This document shows, in pieces, positions 1-13,059 of a stretch of 64,000 nt of DNA. Under the pieces are notes generated by a model, which worked only from the letters and a program-made list of their open reading frames with translations, was not told the origin of the DNA and did no database searches. The stretch is from the NCBI RefSeq assembly GCF_004010195.1, contig NC_057710.1:153709110-153773109 (forward strand), read 5' to 3'. How positions within the stretch are numbered: the stretch's first letter is position 1; each line of letters begins with the position of its first letter. The translations under genes and the position numbers were made by a program. The stretch comes from Chiloscyllium plagiosum (Eukaryota).

Positions 1-299
1 ATGGATATCAAAAACATTGTGTATTATTGCAGGGCTGACATTTTGCTATAACATTTTCCAAACAGTGAGAAGGTTTCACAGTTGAGTTTTAAAAATTGCC
101 TTCCAAATTTTGTTACCACCTTTCCAAGCGGTGTTTTTTTTAAATAAACTGTTCTCAAGTAGCTTATGTAGACTGTGAAGTAGATGGTTATCTCTTCTCC
201 AGACATTACCTGGATCTATTCAGTTCTACTGAATTTAATGTACTGCTACCTTCTTTACTCTACCCATACTGATACATCCTTCAGGGTGTATCATGCCAC

Positions 300-1040
300 A
301 CCTTCAGATCATCAAAGTAACACCAATCACCACAGCACATGATCTCATCATGCCATGCATCATAGCCTCCCCAACGTCTCCAGCATCACAAATGTCAGGC
401 TTCAAGTTTGATTCACTCCATGTCATACCAAGAAATGATCGAAGGCACTGAAAGATCCCAGCAGTGTGACTGAAAAGCCCATGCTCCTGAACTAACTGCG
501 CTGTAGTTCTGGCTCTACCCGAGAACATGGAAAATTTCCCAGATATGCCATGACCACACCAATCCAAACTGGCCAATTACTGGGTCATCGCTCTAATCTT
601 GATCACCAGCGAAGTGATAAAAGGTGCAACTGACTTGGTTAACAAACAGCAGTTACACAGCAATAACTTCTCCAGGGGCCTCCTGGCTCTCTAACTCATT
701 TATAGCCACTCTCCGAATATGGGCAAAAAAATTTAAGTTCAAGAAGTCATGTGACGGTGACTGCCCTCAAGGTCAAGACAGCACTTGCCCAAGTGTCAAA
801 TCAAGGAAACTCGAAAAATTGCTTCAATGGGAATTAGAATGAAACTCTCCATTTATTGAAGCCATATCCAGCATAAGGAAGATAGTGTGGTTTCTAGGAG
901 GTCAATCAACGCAATCCCAAGACGGTGCTTGCAGGATTTCCCTAAGATCCTAACCTAGATCCAAACATCCTCAGCTGCTTCATTAATGATGCTCCCTTGA
1001 TCATAAGGTCAGAATTGGGATGTTCCATAGTGATTGCACA
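300..1040 (+). mobile_element. Old, decayed non-LTR (CR1/L2-group) RT fragment
   Basis: Degenerate RT-like sequence, e.g. cagctgcttcattaatgat near 970-990; no intact frame; bounds approximate. Confidence 0.4.
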
Positions 1041-2322
1041 GTGTTCATAGAATCCCTACAGTGTGGAAACAGGTCCCTCAGTGCACTGAGTTTGCACCAA
1101 CCCTCCAAAAAGCATCCCGCCCAGATTAGAGTTTTAAAATTTTTCTCAAGTCTCCAGTCTTTCCTCATACTTTATTATTTATTCAATTCCCTTTTGTAAA
1201 TTATTACTGAATATGCTTCCACGCTATATTCCGGCAGAATGCTCCAGATGATCATAACAGACTGCATAAGCAACCTTTTCCTAATTTCTCTCTGGTTCGT
1301 TTGTCAACTATTTTAAAAATCCGTGCCACGTGGACATTGATCTGCCTGCCAGCACAAACAGTTTCTCCTTACTTATTCTACCTTAAAACTGCTTATAATT
1401 TTGAACATAGCTATTAAATCTTCCTGGAACCATCCTACTCCAAGAAGAATGCCTAGTTTGGCTTCCACAAATATGTTCCTCATTCCTTTTGATGTAACAC
1501 CAGCCATGAGTGGGTGAGGGTAGAATTCACTGCATGAGAGGTAATGGTTTGACGTTGGGCAGGGGGTAGGATCACAAGTCATTGAGGAAGCAATGGGGGA
1601 AAGGGTCGGTTGAGGAGTAGTATCCACACAAGAAACAGTATCTGGGCAAAACAGTGGAACAGTGATTGGACAATGTGAGGGGAATGGCTTCCCAAGGTGA
1701 CAAAAGTAGAATACTCTTCAGATGGGGTTTAGGTCAGTATAAAAAGAAACCGAAGCAAGCATACAGATCTAAGGAGGTCAATCAGCCTTCAGACCAAGTC
1801 TGCAGCCAGACAGGATAATTGTCAGCGTCTCAACTATTACTTCCCTTCCCTTATGGGACATGTTTCTCTAAGTGTAATTTCTCCACTTCTATTATTTTAT
1901 TAAACCCCAGTAGTTCTACCCTCTCTATATTTTCTCCGTAGCAAGGTCTCATCATCTCTCTATTTTGTGAAAACAATGCTAAAATATTCATTAAGAACTC
2001 CTCACAAAAGTTAACTTCTTGGTCTGTAATTAGGGTTCTGGGATCGTGTCTGAGCAGGCATTCTTTATGTAGAAATATTGACAGAATCTTTGACTATGGG
2101 AGGCATCATTGTCATATTCAGCAATGTCACATTTAACCACAGGGACATTATGAATGTTCACATGTTTTGGTTTTAAATCAAAGCAACATCCATTTGCACT
2201 AATGACTTAACCTGGAGATGGCTCTTCCAAGGAAAGTTCAGAAGAGCAGCATAAATGATCGATTTCAGCCATTTATACCAATCCTCCACAGATTGCACCC
2301 ATCTCTGACTAAACTTACATGA

Positions 2323-2627
2323 GATTGATTAGATTAGATTAGATTAGATTACGATTACATTACAGTGTAGAAACAGGCCCTTCGGCCCAACAAGTCCACA
2401 CCGACCCGCCGAAGCGAAACCCACCCATACCCCTACATTTACCCCTTACCTAACACTACGGGCAATTTAGCATGGCCAATTCACCTGACCTGCACATCTT
2501 TGGACTGTGGGAGGAAACCGGAGCACCCGGAGGAAACCCACACAATCAGTCGCCTGAGGCGGGAATTGAACCCGGGTCTCAGGCGCTGTGAGGCAGCAGT
2601 GCTAACCACTGTGCCACCGTGCCGCCC
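2323..2627 (-). mobile_element. HE1-type tRNA-derived SINE (internally deleted)
   Basis: Minus strand has A box TGGCACAGTGG and B box GGTTCAATTCC, the conserved tcctcccacagtccaaagatgtgcagg body and an (AATCT)n tail. Confidence 0.85.
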
Positions 2628-3304
2628 ACCAATTCCCAGATTTCTATCCCATCATCTATTGTTCTTTCCTGAAGGAAGGCAGATGTCAGGTCAGAAAAAG
2701 ACCAACTATGCAATAATGCCACAAACATTCTTCACTGGCTCCTTCTGGAAATGGGGAGTAGACACCAATGAAGCATAGGATTGGGGACTGCTTTGTTGTC
2801 CTAGCTATCTGAACAAACGTCTGACAATCGCTAACTTAGCTTCCAGGTGATGAGCAGTGGTTGAGAGAAGCTGTATGATGTTTATTGGTGATCATGAAAC
2901 TGTTCCATATAGCCGAAGAGTCAAACATTTTCAAAGATAACACATGGCAAAAGGTAATAACTTTAGTACTCTCAACAATTTACTTTATATTTCTAACGCA
3001 TATTTTCATGAAAAGGGATCTTAATCTCAAATTGCTTGCGGATATACTGGCCCTTGAAGTATGACATGCATTTTTTAAAAGAAAGACATACAAGCCAAAA
3101 GATGGCTGAGAATGTAAATTCAGTGGCTCTCTGAAATACCTCTGTAGATTACACAGAATCCTAAAGAGGAACCATGAAATATCACACCTGAAGAATGGTA
3201 AGGGATCTTGAAAGAGAAATATGCCATTCAAAAAGCTGAGCGGTGATCTCCTGTGTAATATGTCCCACACTCCAGACATGATGAATTGAAAAAAAGGCAA
3301 TTAT

Positions 3305-4682
3305 AGGTGAAAGACATATTTTGTGTTATACACGGATCTCAGTAAGGCTTTTGATAAGGTTCCCCATAGTAGGCTGATGGAGAAAGTGAAGTTTCATGGT
3401 GTTCAGGGTGTAAAAACTTAGATTAGATTTGTGAAACTTAGATTACTTACAGTGTGGAAACAGGCCCTTTGGCCCAACAAGTCCACACTGACCCGCCGAA
3501 GCACACCCACCCAGACCCATTCCCCTACATTTACCCCTTCACCTAACACTACGGGCAATTTAGCCTGGCCAGTTCACCTAACCTGCACATTTTTGTACCA
3601 GCTAGATGGATAGAGAACTGGCTGTGCAACAGGAGACAGAGAGTAATACTGGAAGGGAGTTTCTCAAAATGGAGACCTGTGACCAGTGGTATTCCACAGG
3701 GAGCCATGTTGCGAATACTGTTGTTTGTGATATTCATAAATAATCTGGAGGAAGGTATAGGCAGTCTGATTAGCGGGTTTGCAGATGGCTAAGATTGGTG
3801 GAGGAGCAGATAGTGAAGGGGACTGTCAGAGAATGTAGCAGAATATAGATAGATTGGAGAGCTGGGCGGAGAAATTGCAGATGGAGTTCAATCCGGGTAA
3901 ATGTGAGGTGTTGCATTTTGGAAGATCCAATTCAAGAGCGAACTATACAGTAAATGGAAAAGCCCTGGGGGAAAATTGATGCACAGAGAGATCTGGGTGT
4001 TCAGGTCCAATGTAACCTGATGGTGGCAACGCAGGTCAATAGAGTGGTCAAGAAGGCATACAGTATATTTTCCTTCATCATATGGAGTATTGAGTACAAG
4101 AGTTGGCAGGTCATGTTACAGTTGTGTAGGACTTTGGTTCGGCCAGGTTTGGAATACTGTGTACAGTTCTGGTTGCCACATTGCCGTAAGGATGTGAACG
4201 CTTTGGAGAAGGTGCATAGGAGGTTTACCAGGATGGTGCCTGGTATGGAGGATGCTAGCTATGAAGAGAGGTTGAGTAGATTATGATTATTTTCATTAGG
4301 AAGACAAAGGTTGAGGGCGGACCTGATTGAGGTCTACAAAATCATGAGATTTATAGACAGTGGATAGCAAGAAGCTTTTCCCAGAGTGGGGGACTCAATT
4401 ACTGGGGGTCACGAGTTCAAGGTGAGAGGGGAAAGATTTAGGGGAGATATGTGTGAAAAGGTCTTTACACAGAGGGTGGTGGGTGCCTGGAATGCATTGA
4501 TACTGGCAGTGGTCGAGGCAGGCAGTTTTAAGATGTATCTAGACAGAGACATGAATGGACAGGGAGCAGAGGCAGACAGATCCTTGGAAAATAGGCGACA
4601 GATTTAGATAGAGGATCTGGATCAGCACAGGCTTGGAGGGCTGAACGGCCTGTTCCAGTGCTGTAATTTTCTTTGTTCTTGT
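3305..4682 (+). mobile_element. CR1 (HER1-like) LINE 3' part, with a partial HE1 SINE nested at ~3415-3595
   Basis: ORFs 3954..4286 (LVRPGLEYCVQFW) and 4386..4607 (FTQRVVGAWN) are typical CR1 ORF2 C-terminal sequence. Confidence 0.88.
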
Positions 4683-5547
4683 GTACCCTTCCAGGAATAT
4701 GCAAGAAAGTGGGTTAAAAGCCGATTGCATCCCTGCTCAGTGTGCTAGTGTGTGGTGCACGCTTGTGATTTAAGTTACACTGTGCTAAACGTGCTGAGAA
4801 TGGACACAGCTGAAAGTTTCCACTGGTTACGCATGCAGACAAAAAGTCTTTCTCTCTCTGATTGCTGAAAACAGGTAGTCAGCAAAGTTACTATTGAAGG
4901 AAGCTTGCATAGAATCAAGAATTTCTAGGCAACTGCCCAGACATTACAGTCAGCACTCCCAGAATCACCCACATTAACAGCCACAACATTTCATCATGGA
5001 CAGGCAGAAAACTATTGCCTATTTTCTTTTTCTTTTTGGACTCCCCTCTCAGTGCTAATCTGTGCACTCAAGTGTCACATTTGATCATCTTATCTCATGT
5101 TATAGAACTCATTCCTTTTTTAATTCTAGAAAGCCTGATTAAATTGGCTCCTTTTAAATTAATCTTATTGAAACCAAGTCAAAAAGGGGTTGAATAAACC
5201 AGGGTTAGCCACTTCCTCCCGCTTTAACTGGGAGCATAACCATTTGGGGGTATTCTGTTGGAATGTAACTATTTCGGAACCTCTTGCAACAACATTTAAT
5301 CACTTATTTCAGATATTTATTCCTATCACATAGATGATCAAATGAGATACAAACTATTTTCCATTTCGGCAATGACCATAACTAGCTTAGCACTACTGAG
5401 TCAGCCCACACACAATGAATATAAAGTGAACCGTGCAATTTCTCATTGTGCAGAAACAAAAATTATATTAGCTTCAGTGAAGAACTGACTGAACCAAAAA
5501 AGAATGTGCAGATTTTGAAAGGAAAAATCAGGAAATTAATATCTTAC

Positions 5548-5642
5548 TTCAACTGGAGCTTTAGACATAAAGCTGGGCTTCTGTGCAACAAAATTTCCAA
5601 CGGGTGTCTCCACAGGCAGAGGGGGAGGATTTTCAATGTCTT
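5548..5642 (-). CDS. SH3D19: SH3D19 coding exon ((E)DIENPPPLPVETPVGNF...APVE)
   Basis: Pyrimidine tract + ttcag acceptor, GAA|gtaaga donor, 95 nt, phase 1->0. Resembles human EDPQSPPPLPAEKPIGN. Confidence 0.85.
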
Positions 5643-5984
5643 CTGAAGATGCAGGTGAAAGGAACAAGAAAGAATAGTCCACACACACATTCCATAACAT
5701 ATACCTTGTAAATCATAGTTAAACAATATAAAACTGACACAGGAACACAACTGAATTTCTGTTCATCCAAAACATCTAACAATGTCTCTTTTTCTCACTG
5801 AAATGGTTCTGAAGACTTCTGATTATTTCCAATGACTGGCATTGCTAATTATTTTTGCACATCTGACAAGTAATGACAATCCTAAGCTTCATGCACTAAA
5901 GCTTCCTGAGAGAGGGAAAGAACATAAAAATGACTCAAGCACACAAACACCCACAGAAACAAAACAAGGAACATTCACTTTTAC

Positions 5985-6092
5985 CTGGTTTGTTTGGTAT
6001 ACGAATTACTGTAGGTTTACGTACTAAGGGTGGCCGACTTGATGCAGTATCTGTGCATCCTGTCATACCTCTAGGTAATGTCTGAAAAGGAT
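5985..6092 (-). CDS. SH3D19: SH3D19 coding exon ((D)PFQTLPRG...VRKPTVIRIPNKP)
   Basis: cag acceptor, CAG|gtaaaa donor, 108 nt, phase 1->1. Resembles human DPFQ...RKPTVIRIPAKP. Confidence 0.9.
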
Positions 6093-6981
6093 CTGATCAC
6101 ACAGAGAAAAGAATGGGGATAATGTTAAATATTTTGTACGGAATATGTCCTTTACCTGTCACCACATTCTAAACCACCCATCCTGATAATGCATTGTATA
6201 CTAGCAGGAAATTTCTTCTGTTTTATTCTTGTCTGGACTGAGAATGCTGTTGGCAAGACCAAGGTTTGTTGCCCAGCCGAGTTGCCCCTGAACTGTTTCT
6301 CTCTCTCTCTCTCTTTCTCAGCCGTTTCAGAGGGCGGTTTAACAGACAACTACTGGGCTGTCTTCAGTCCTGGGAGCTACTCTTTAGGAAAGATGTGAAG
6401 GCATTAGACAGAAAGCAAAAAATATTAATCAGTATGCGATAATGCTCCCAGGGATGAGGGATCCTGTGAGTAAGGGATATTCAGTGACATGAACAGATTG
6501 AAGAAATCCTCAGTGTCCCCTTTCATCTCTTTCTCAAATACTCCTTACACCATGCAGTGATGACAGTAATTTGAGACAATTGGATGAACAGCAGAATTTT
6601 GTTTTAAAGAGAGGAACCATCTGCAACGACTGAATGTAAATTAAGTTGAATACCATACTCTATTACATTATTGCAACAACTGACATCGCTGTTCCCTATC
6701 ACAGCTTTCCAGACATGCAGGAATATCTGTGTAGGGAGAAGGGATACTGGGTCTTTGATGTAATAATTTCCCCATGCCTACTGGCTAGCCACACATGATA
6801 ATTTGCATAAGCTACCTGTGAGCTGCGGCAATTTATGAAGCAGTAGTCTGTAATTTCAGAAGGAGGGAGAGGAAAGACATCGGAGAGAAAAAAAAATCCT
6901 TAGAGATCACCTTCTCTAACTGTGCCACTAGGAAGCACACATAACACAATCCAGAAACAAATGCAGCTAACATTTCATTAC

Positions 6982-7998
6982 CTAATGTCACTAGAGAGGT
7001 CACGTTATCTGCTGTTGGAGAGGTAGGTACAACATCATCATCAAAGCTGATCAGATCCTCTGTGCTTGAGGTTACATCTGGAGAAGCTGTCTGCTTGCTG
7101 GGTGAGGAATCTTCGTCCTGCATCATACAGGCTTTTCTTATGGGCAGCATTGAAGGTTTAGAAGCGGGAGATTTAGGAGATAGAGAAGGCATATCGTGGT
7201 TTTCAGAAAAGGCCCTTTTTGCCACAGTAGGCCTCGGTGCTGGGACAGGAACTTGATTCCCCCTATTTGCAGGTCTTTCTCTCTGAGGACCAAGAGCAGC
7301 TGAAAGTGCATCTTTGCCTGAATCTAAAGTACTGATACTTCCCTGGCTTGACTTTGACGCTGTGCAGATACTGGGCTTTGGTTTCTTGGGTGGTTCTGGC
7401 TTTGCAGCAGCTGCAGCCATTTTTTGTGGTTTTGGAAGGAGGACTGGCCCCTGCCTTTCTGCTGCGACAGGTTTTGTATCAGCCACCTTTTCAGATGCCC
7501 CTGAATTCTTGTTGGCTGCAGACGGTTTGGGAGCTACTGTTGGTTTCACGTGGCCAACAGCTGGCCTTGGCCCGAATGACCGTGGAGCAACCTCTGGCCT
7601 CTTTGATGGCCGCGTGCCTCCAACTGAATTCTCAGAATCCGTTTGTGTTTCAAATGCCTTGATCCTCGCAAGGAAGCTTTGTCCACTGTTATCACCCATT
7701 CTATCTTGACTGGCAAAATTATCTTCTATAAATGGATTATGGCACGTTAACTTGTGAAAAGCATCAATTTCTTTATCTTCTCCCTCTGAAGTCTCACTTT
7801 TCAGTTCTTCACAAAGTATCTTCAAGTTACCTAAGGACCTGGGCCTTGGTATGGGTCGCTCCACAGCATTCGTGTTTGTTTGAACACTTTGTTCCCTGCT
7901 GGGATTACTTTCTATCGAGATCAAAGGTGCTTCACTTTCCACAGGTTTAAGAGGGATGAGGCACACAGCTGGCCTGGAGGGTTTCACTGGTCTCTGAA
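6982..7998 (-). CDS. SH3D19: SH3D19 large proline-rich exon (1017 nt)
   Basis: Core of ORF 6833..8104. Motifs RIKAFE, RPEVAPRS, KPTVAPKP, KPEPPKKP, PVPAPRP and DLISFDDDV resemble the SH3D19 N-terminal region. tttgttctag acceptor, TAG|gtaatg donor, phase 1->1. Confidence 0.93.
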
Positions 7999-8076
7999 CT
8001 AGAACAAAAAAAATGTACAAGATAAACTGAAAACAAAACGTATAAAAAGTTGACAAATGCATACAACATTTCAAAA

Positions 8077-8726
8077 TGTTACGGACCAGATCAACCCTTT
8101 TCAAAATATATCAAGGAGATAGCCTAAGCTCTAACCTTTTATTTTATTTACAGGTAAGTGTAAGGTACTGTGTTTCAGATATGATTCGCTTGGTCCACTA
8201 ATCGGCTTTAAGCTAAGCACACTTTATTTTTACACCACAGCTAAACTACAAACTAAAACAACTGGCATGACTTTTACTCAATCAAAATAATATATTATTT
8301 AACTGCTATATTGGAACATCAACTGTCCCAATATAGCAGCATCCCATGAACACACCCCTGGCAAAGGCAAATTCAGCAAAGCAGATTTACCTCATGTACT
8401 ATCTCCCTTCCAGTCCGGGAGAAAGGAACACTGAAAGAAACAATCTTGTAGCAGAGAGAGAGAACAAAAGTTTTGCACTGCAGCAAAGGGAGAACTGTAT
8501 CTTCCAGCTTCAAAAGCCAACTCCAAATCCCAACTGAAAGCACAACTAAAACCCTGGTTCAGTGTGAGTCTGACTCCACCCTTTCGTACCTCTTTTATCC
8601 AATTTTAAAAAAAACACTCAAAACTGTTTACTCACTGCATCTGACACAGACATTTCAGACCACTGTGGTAATATCTGTATGCACGAGAGGCAGAATAGAA
8701 CAAATTAGTCTCAAAGTACTGTGATA
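8077..8726 (-). mobile_element. Probable solo LTR (Gypsy type)
   Basis: Starts TGTTACGGACCAGA, similar to the TGTTATGGACTAGA end of the LTR at 55932; ends GTGATA (decayed GTGACA); 650 bp; AAAA on both sides (possible 4-bp TSD). Confidence 0.55.
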
Positions 8727-10913
8727 AAAATACAATTTCTGGGATTTGGAAGTAATTGGCAATATTGTCCATTTACTATTTGTTTCTAGGAACTCACGTA
8801 GTAGTGGAAGAAGAAAATGAGGATGGAGAGACATTGTAATCTGATTTCATACTCAGACCCATTAACTCAAACAGAAACTGTATGTAATTTTTGGATCTGC
8901 ACAGAGGCCAGGTCTGGCTGTTGTGTGACACCAGCAGCAAAACGGAGATCATACAGAAATTCTTTTCCCTTTTCTTGCAGCTTCTCCTGCTCTATGTCAC
9001 CTATGCTCATTCTCACACTCATGCTCAACACCAAAGAGAAGGCCTTGTCTGGTAGCAACTGGTTTTTTTCCATAAGTTATTAAGCTACCTGAAAACTGCT
9101 ATAGCTCCACCGAAACCAGTTTCTGTTGACTACTGGAAGTTGAGTGTATGGAAAAGCATCTAAAACATTCAGATTTGTAGCAACAGCCTGAAGAAATAAC
9201 GTAGCAACTAACCTGTAAGTAACTCACAATCCCTTTAAATAATGCTAGTGCAAGGTTTTTTATCTCATTGAAAGTATAGTTTAGTTTTCCAAGGCTAAAG
9301 AGACCAAACTGAAGTGCAAGTTCCAAGATGTCAGAGTTGGTGTGAAATCACGTCATGATCTTCCTGCCCGGACTGTTACTGGCACTTTTTATGGTTGGGT
9401 GCAAGCAATCCACTTTATAAAAATGTTTTTCAGTACGCGTATGCATTGTGAATGCTCTTCTGGTGCTTAGCAAGGATTCATAATACTCCACGGATGTGGT
9501 TACTGTCACTTGCTAACAACTGCTTAGAGCCACTGATGAGACACGAGTCAAGACAAGGAACATGACAGGCAAAGTTACTCCAGAGGGTGTAGTGAATCTA
9601 CTAACGAGAAATGCTACCCCTCCCTTACGCAACGTGGAAGTCTAGAAAGCAATAACGGCACACACTCTGGTCTGTGCTTGTGGGACTTTGACCAGCGTCA
9701 GCCCAAGAAGCTGAGCCATATTCACTTGAGCTGCCTTTGAGAGCTTCTGAAGATCAGATGCAGAACAAACTAGCAAACGCTAGGGTGCTCACCTAAGATG
9801 TAAGGCCAAGCATCCACATCCACAGTGAGACAGTCACAAAGGAGGTGGACTGGTCCCCTACCAAGAATGCCTGACACTTGCTTACCAAACAGAACCTTTT
9901 CTGAACGCCTTGCATCTAGCTGCCGGAGCGTGCATATGAGTAAAAAAAAAAATCCAAGTATGAGTAAAAAAGATGAAAGACAAGAGCTTCCAGTGGCCAC
10001 AAGTGTGCTGGTCATTTGCTAAGGGCAGCAGTGAAAATAACCAAGTAACAGACCATTTGCCTGTTATTGATACAAGGATGAAAGAAAGACATCCAGGCCT
10101 AAAGAAAACCCAAAACAGTCACATAACTCTAAACTATAAAAATGATCTTTTTCAACAAATTTTAAAAATAGTACAATGCAGTACTGAGTGTAAATCAGGA
10201 ATTGTGCTGTCCATGTTTCCAAGAAGGAAATGCATCTAAAATGGCAGATTTGCTGCAGTTAACGTTTGTCTGTTTGGAAATTGGAATGTAAATTCCACTG
10301 CTGGCACCTATTGACTTGTTTGGAATGTATGTGCGTATCCAATAAAAAAATGTTTGGCCTCAGTTGTGATTTACTTCCTAACACTGACAGTACAGGAACA
10401 CGCTAATGTGGAAGTGCTAACAGAGCAATAACCAGGGATAAAGAGGTGAAAGGAAAATCTTTTGTGGGAATACAATAAAAGACATTTTTGTTAAAAACAA
10501 GTATCAAAGTAATGAAGCTAACATAATATTCAGTTCTTGCAAGGACAATCCTCCCCCAGATAATAAAGACAACGAACAGTTCATTAGTAGTTCTGCACAG
10601 ACAGTAAGCAAGCACAGCAGCTGAAAATTGGATATATCTGATATGTTACAGACAGCATTCAGCATGATCTGGGTGCTCAAATCCCAAAAATGGTATTGGA
10701 ATCAAAAATCCCAGGTTCTGAAAAGGGACTTTGTATCCTTAGCCACTTAACAAGTGTTTGCCTTAACTTAGATGATACTTTTCATTGTTAAATTCACTAT
10801 TACTATGCCTTAATTATACACAAATGTACACGTACTGATTTTAGTCAAAACAGACCTTAAGCTCATATAGTCCTTAATGTATATATGTTGTTACCAACAG
10901 TGTGTTTTCCCAC

Positions 10914-11100
10914 CTGTTGCTGGAATGCTCCCTCGCAAACTTGCAAAATCAGCATCAGCACTCCGTGTCTCGATATTCTCGGAGTCCTGGTCAAATTCCG
11001 TCTGCGTTGATGCCGTGGTTGTTGAACGCCTTGGGGGGGATGTTGTGGGAACTGGCTGCCGGTTAATTTCTCTAATCACCTGCTCATAGGATGGTGGAGG
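10914..11100 (-). CDS. SH3D19: SH3D19 coding exon with PPxY motif (PPPSYEQVIREIN...ASTQTEF)
   Basis: tgcag acceptor; resembles human LPPSYEQVIKEIN...SATQTDF. Donor CAG|gtggga chosen because it gives the phase 1 needed by the next exon. Confidence 0.85.
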
Positions 11101-11200
11101 CTGCAACCAAAGTTTAGAACATGAACACGCCACCAACACAATCTCTGCAAAAGTAACTGGTGATAACGTCAAATTATTTTTAAACAAGATAATTTCTTAC

Positions 11201-11336
11201 TTCTGCTGCAACAGGTTCATCAATTCTCCAGAGAGTTCGGGGATATGAAAGTCCAAGCGCAGCTGAATTTGGTGAACCGGGATACCAGTGATTTGGTCCT
11301 ATGGGCTCTGCAGCTATTACTGTAATGTCTGGGCGC
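11201..11336 (-). CDS. SH3D19: SH3D19 coding exon (RPDITVIAAEPIGPNHWYPG...PVAAE)
   Basis: ccccag acceptor, GAA|gtaaga donor, 136 nt, phase 2->0. Lies within ORF 11180..11410; resembles human RPEITIVAAEPL. Confidence 0.9.
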
Positions 11337-11907
11337 CTGGGGAAAGATGTAAACACTCTTTCAGTAATCCAGCAACATAGAAGTAAAGACACAGACCTCT
11401 CGATACTCAATCAAGGTCATTTTTAGTGGAATTATCTGAAAACCCATCACCACAGAGTTGTGAACTACAGTAAAGAAACCCCTTCCTTGTGGCTTGGGAA
11501 TTGGAAAATATGAAAGAGTTGAGTTAATTTTAAAATTCAAAGTTACGCTATGTATGCTTCATGAACTGATTTCACTGATGGAGGAATTGTGCATAATAAT
11601 TTGAATCCTGCCCTGATATTGAAGGAGAAAAAAAAAGAGAAACAGCTGACAAAGATCCACAGGCAAGAACAGAGCTGCCGGTTACTCAGCTGCTAACTCT
11701 TTTAACTCTTTTAACTGACTCACTATCTACTACTGTAATTCCATTATATTTCTGTATCTTGTAGCCATGAGACGAAACTTATTATGCATTCGCTACATAT
11801 CTTCTATTCACATATAAAATAAAACAAAAGCTTCAAGTTATTTTTCAATATTATTAAAATGTCTGACTGACCAAAGCTCTAAGTTCAATTGTTTGTTTTG
11901 AATACTA

Positions 11908-12298
11908 CTTAGAGTCATTGAGATGTACAGCACCAGAAACATACCTTTCGGTCCAACCCGTCCATGCTGACCAGATATTCTAAATTAATCTCGTTCCATT
12001 TGCCAGCACTTGGCCCATATCCCTCTACCCTTCCTATTCACACACCCATCAGATGCCTTTTAAATGTTGTAATTGTACCAGCCTCCACCACTTCCTCTGG
12101 CATCTCATTCCACACACGCACCACCCTCTGTGTGAAAGGTTGCCCATTAGGTCCCTTTTAAATCTTTCTCCACTCACCTTAAACCTATGTCCTCTAGTTC
12201 TGGACTCCCCTACCTGAGGGAAAAGGCCTTGGCTAGTCACCTTATCCATGCCCTTCATGATTTTACAAACTCCTACAAGGTCAACCCACAGCCTCTAC
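11908..12298 (-). mobile_element. CR1 LINE 3' fragment
   Basis: ORF 12049..12258 (LFPQVGESRTRGHRFKV) plus CR1-type 3' UTR. Confidence 0.85.
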
Positions 12299-12413
12299 TT
12301 GCATTAAGTACAGAGCCCTTCATTAAATACATCAAGATATTAAAAGACATCCAGTGAAGATCTGACCATCACTAAGCAAACGAAACAGACCAACAATATG
12401 AAGTACTTTGTTC

Positions 12414-13044
12414 TGTCACAAAGCTAGTCCCTTTTTTTTAAAAGCTGTTCCTTGGCTCTGTCCTAGATTTTTTTCAGAGGAGTAATGAACCAGGCTGAGC
12501 TCTGGTCAGATCGGTTTGGTACAGAGATGAAAAGGATTTTGAGCGGCCTTTTTGTTTATCTGTAAACAGATGAGACTTCAGGCCAAAGTGGCCATGTTTT
12601 AGAAGTGACCTGTATAATGAAAGGGGAATAGCCAGCTCTCTAGCTGAGCAGTTTAGTTCAGTCTTGAACTAGTTAGAAGTTCAACAGGGAGCTGTGTGGA
12701 AATTCTCTCTCTCTCTGTTTCTGCCCTTCAATTTCAACCTGTAAGCATGTGTTCCATTTATACTGATTTTCAAAGGGAGTTTGCTTATTGGGACTGTTGT
12801 GTGAATTCGGAACACATAATTAAGTCTAGTTTGGATAGTCTGAGTTCTGTTGGGGTTCTTTATTCCGTTCTTTGTGTTTCATTGCGTAATTTTGCGAATA
12901 AACTTTTGTCTGTTTTAAAACCTGGTAGCCAACCTAACTTACTCCGGGTAATTTTCAACGTACACTTACCGAAACAAGTTGCCAAGTTATGGTCTGGGCT
13001 GCCTGCTTAAGTAAGTTTTGAGTGGTCTGGCCTAGTCCATAACA
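12414..13044 (+). mobile_element. Solo LTR related to the Gypsy LTRs at 55932 and 62293
   Basis: TG...CA ends, 631 bp, 4-bp TSD GTTC (12410-12413, 13045-13048). Both termini match the reverse complement of 55932-56562. Confidence 0.88.
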
Positions 13045-13059
13045 GTTCAGCATTCAATG

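Noticed and set aside
2560-2627. tRNA gene-like A/B boxes (also ~19190-19247 and ~30250-30320)
   Set aside because: These are SINE heads continuing into the HE1 body, not stand-alone tRNA genes.
1-5547. Further downstream SH3D19 exons
   Set aside because: No segment with both convincing splice sites and recognisable peptide similarity; a diverged exon could have been missed.
6833-8104. 423-aa ORF as a single-exon gene
   Set aside because: The hydrophobic N- and C-terminal parts are intron read-through; splice sites delimit the real exon at 6982-7998.
10889-10895. Stronger-looking donor TG|gtaaca for the PPPSY exon
   Set aside because: It gives phase 2, which is incompatible with the acceptors at the start of the next exon.
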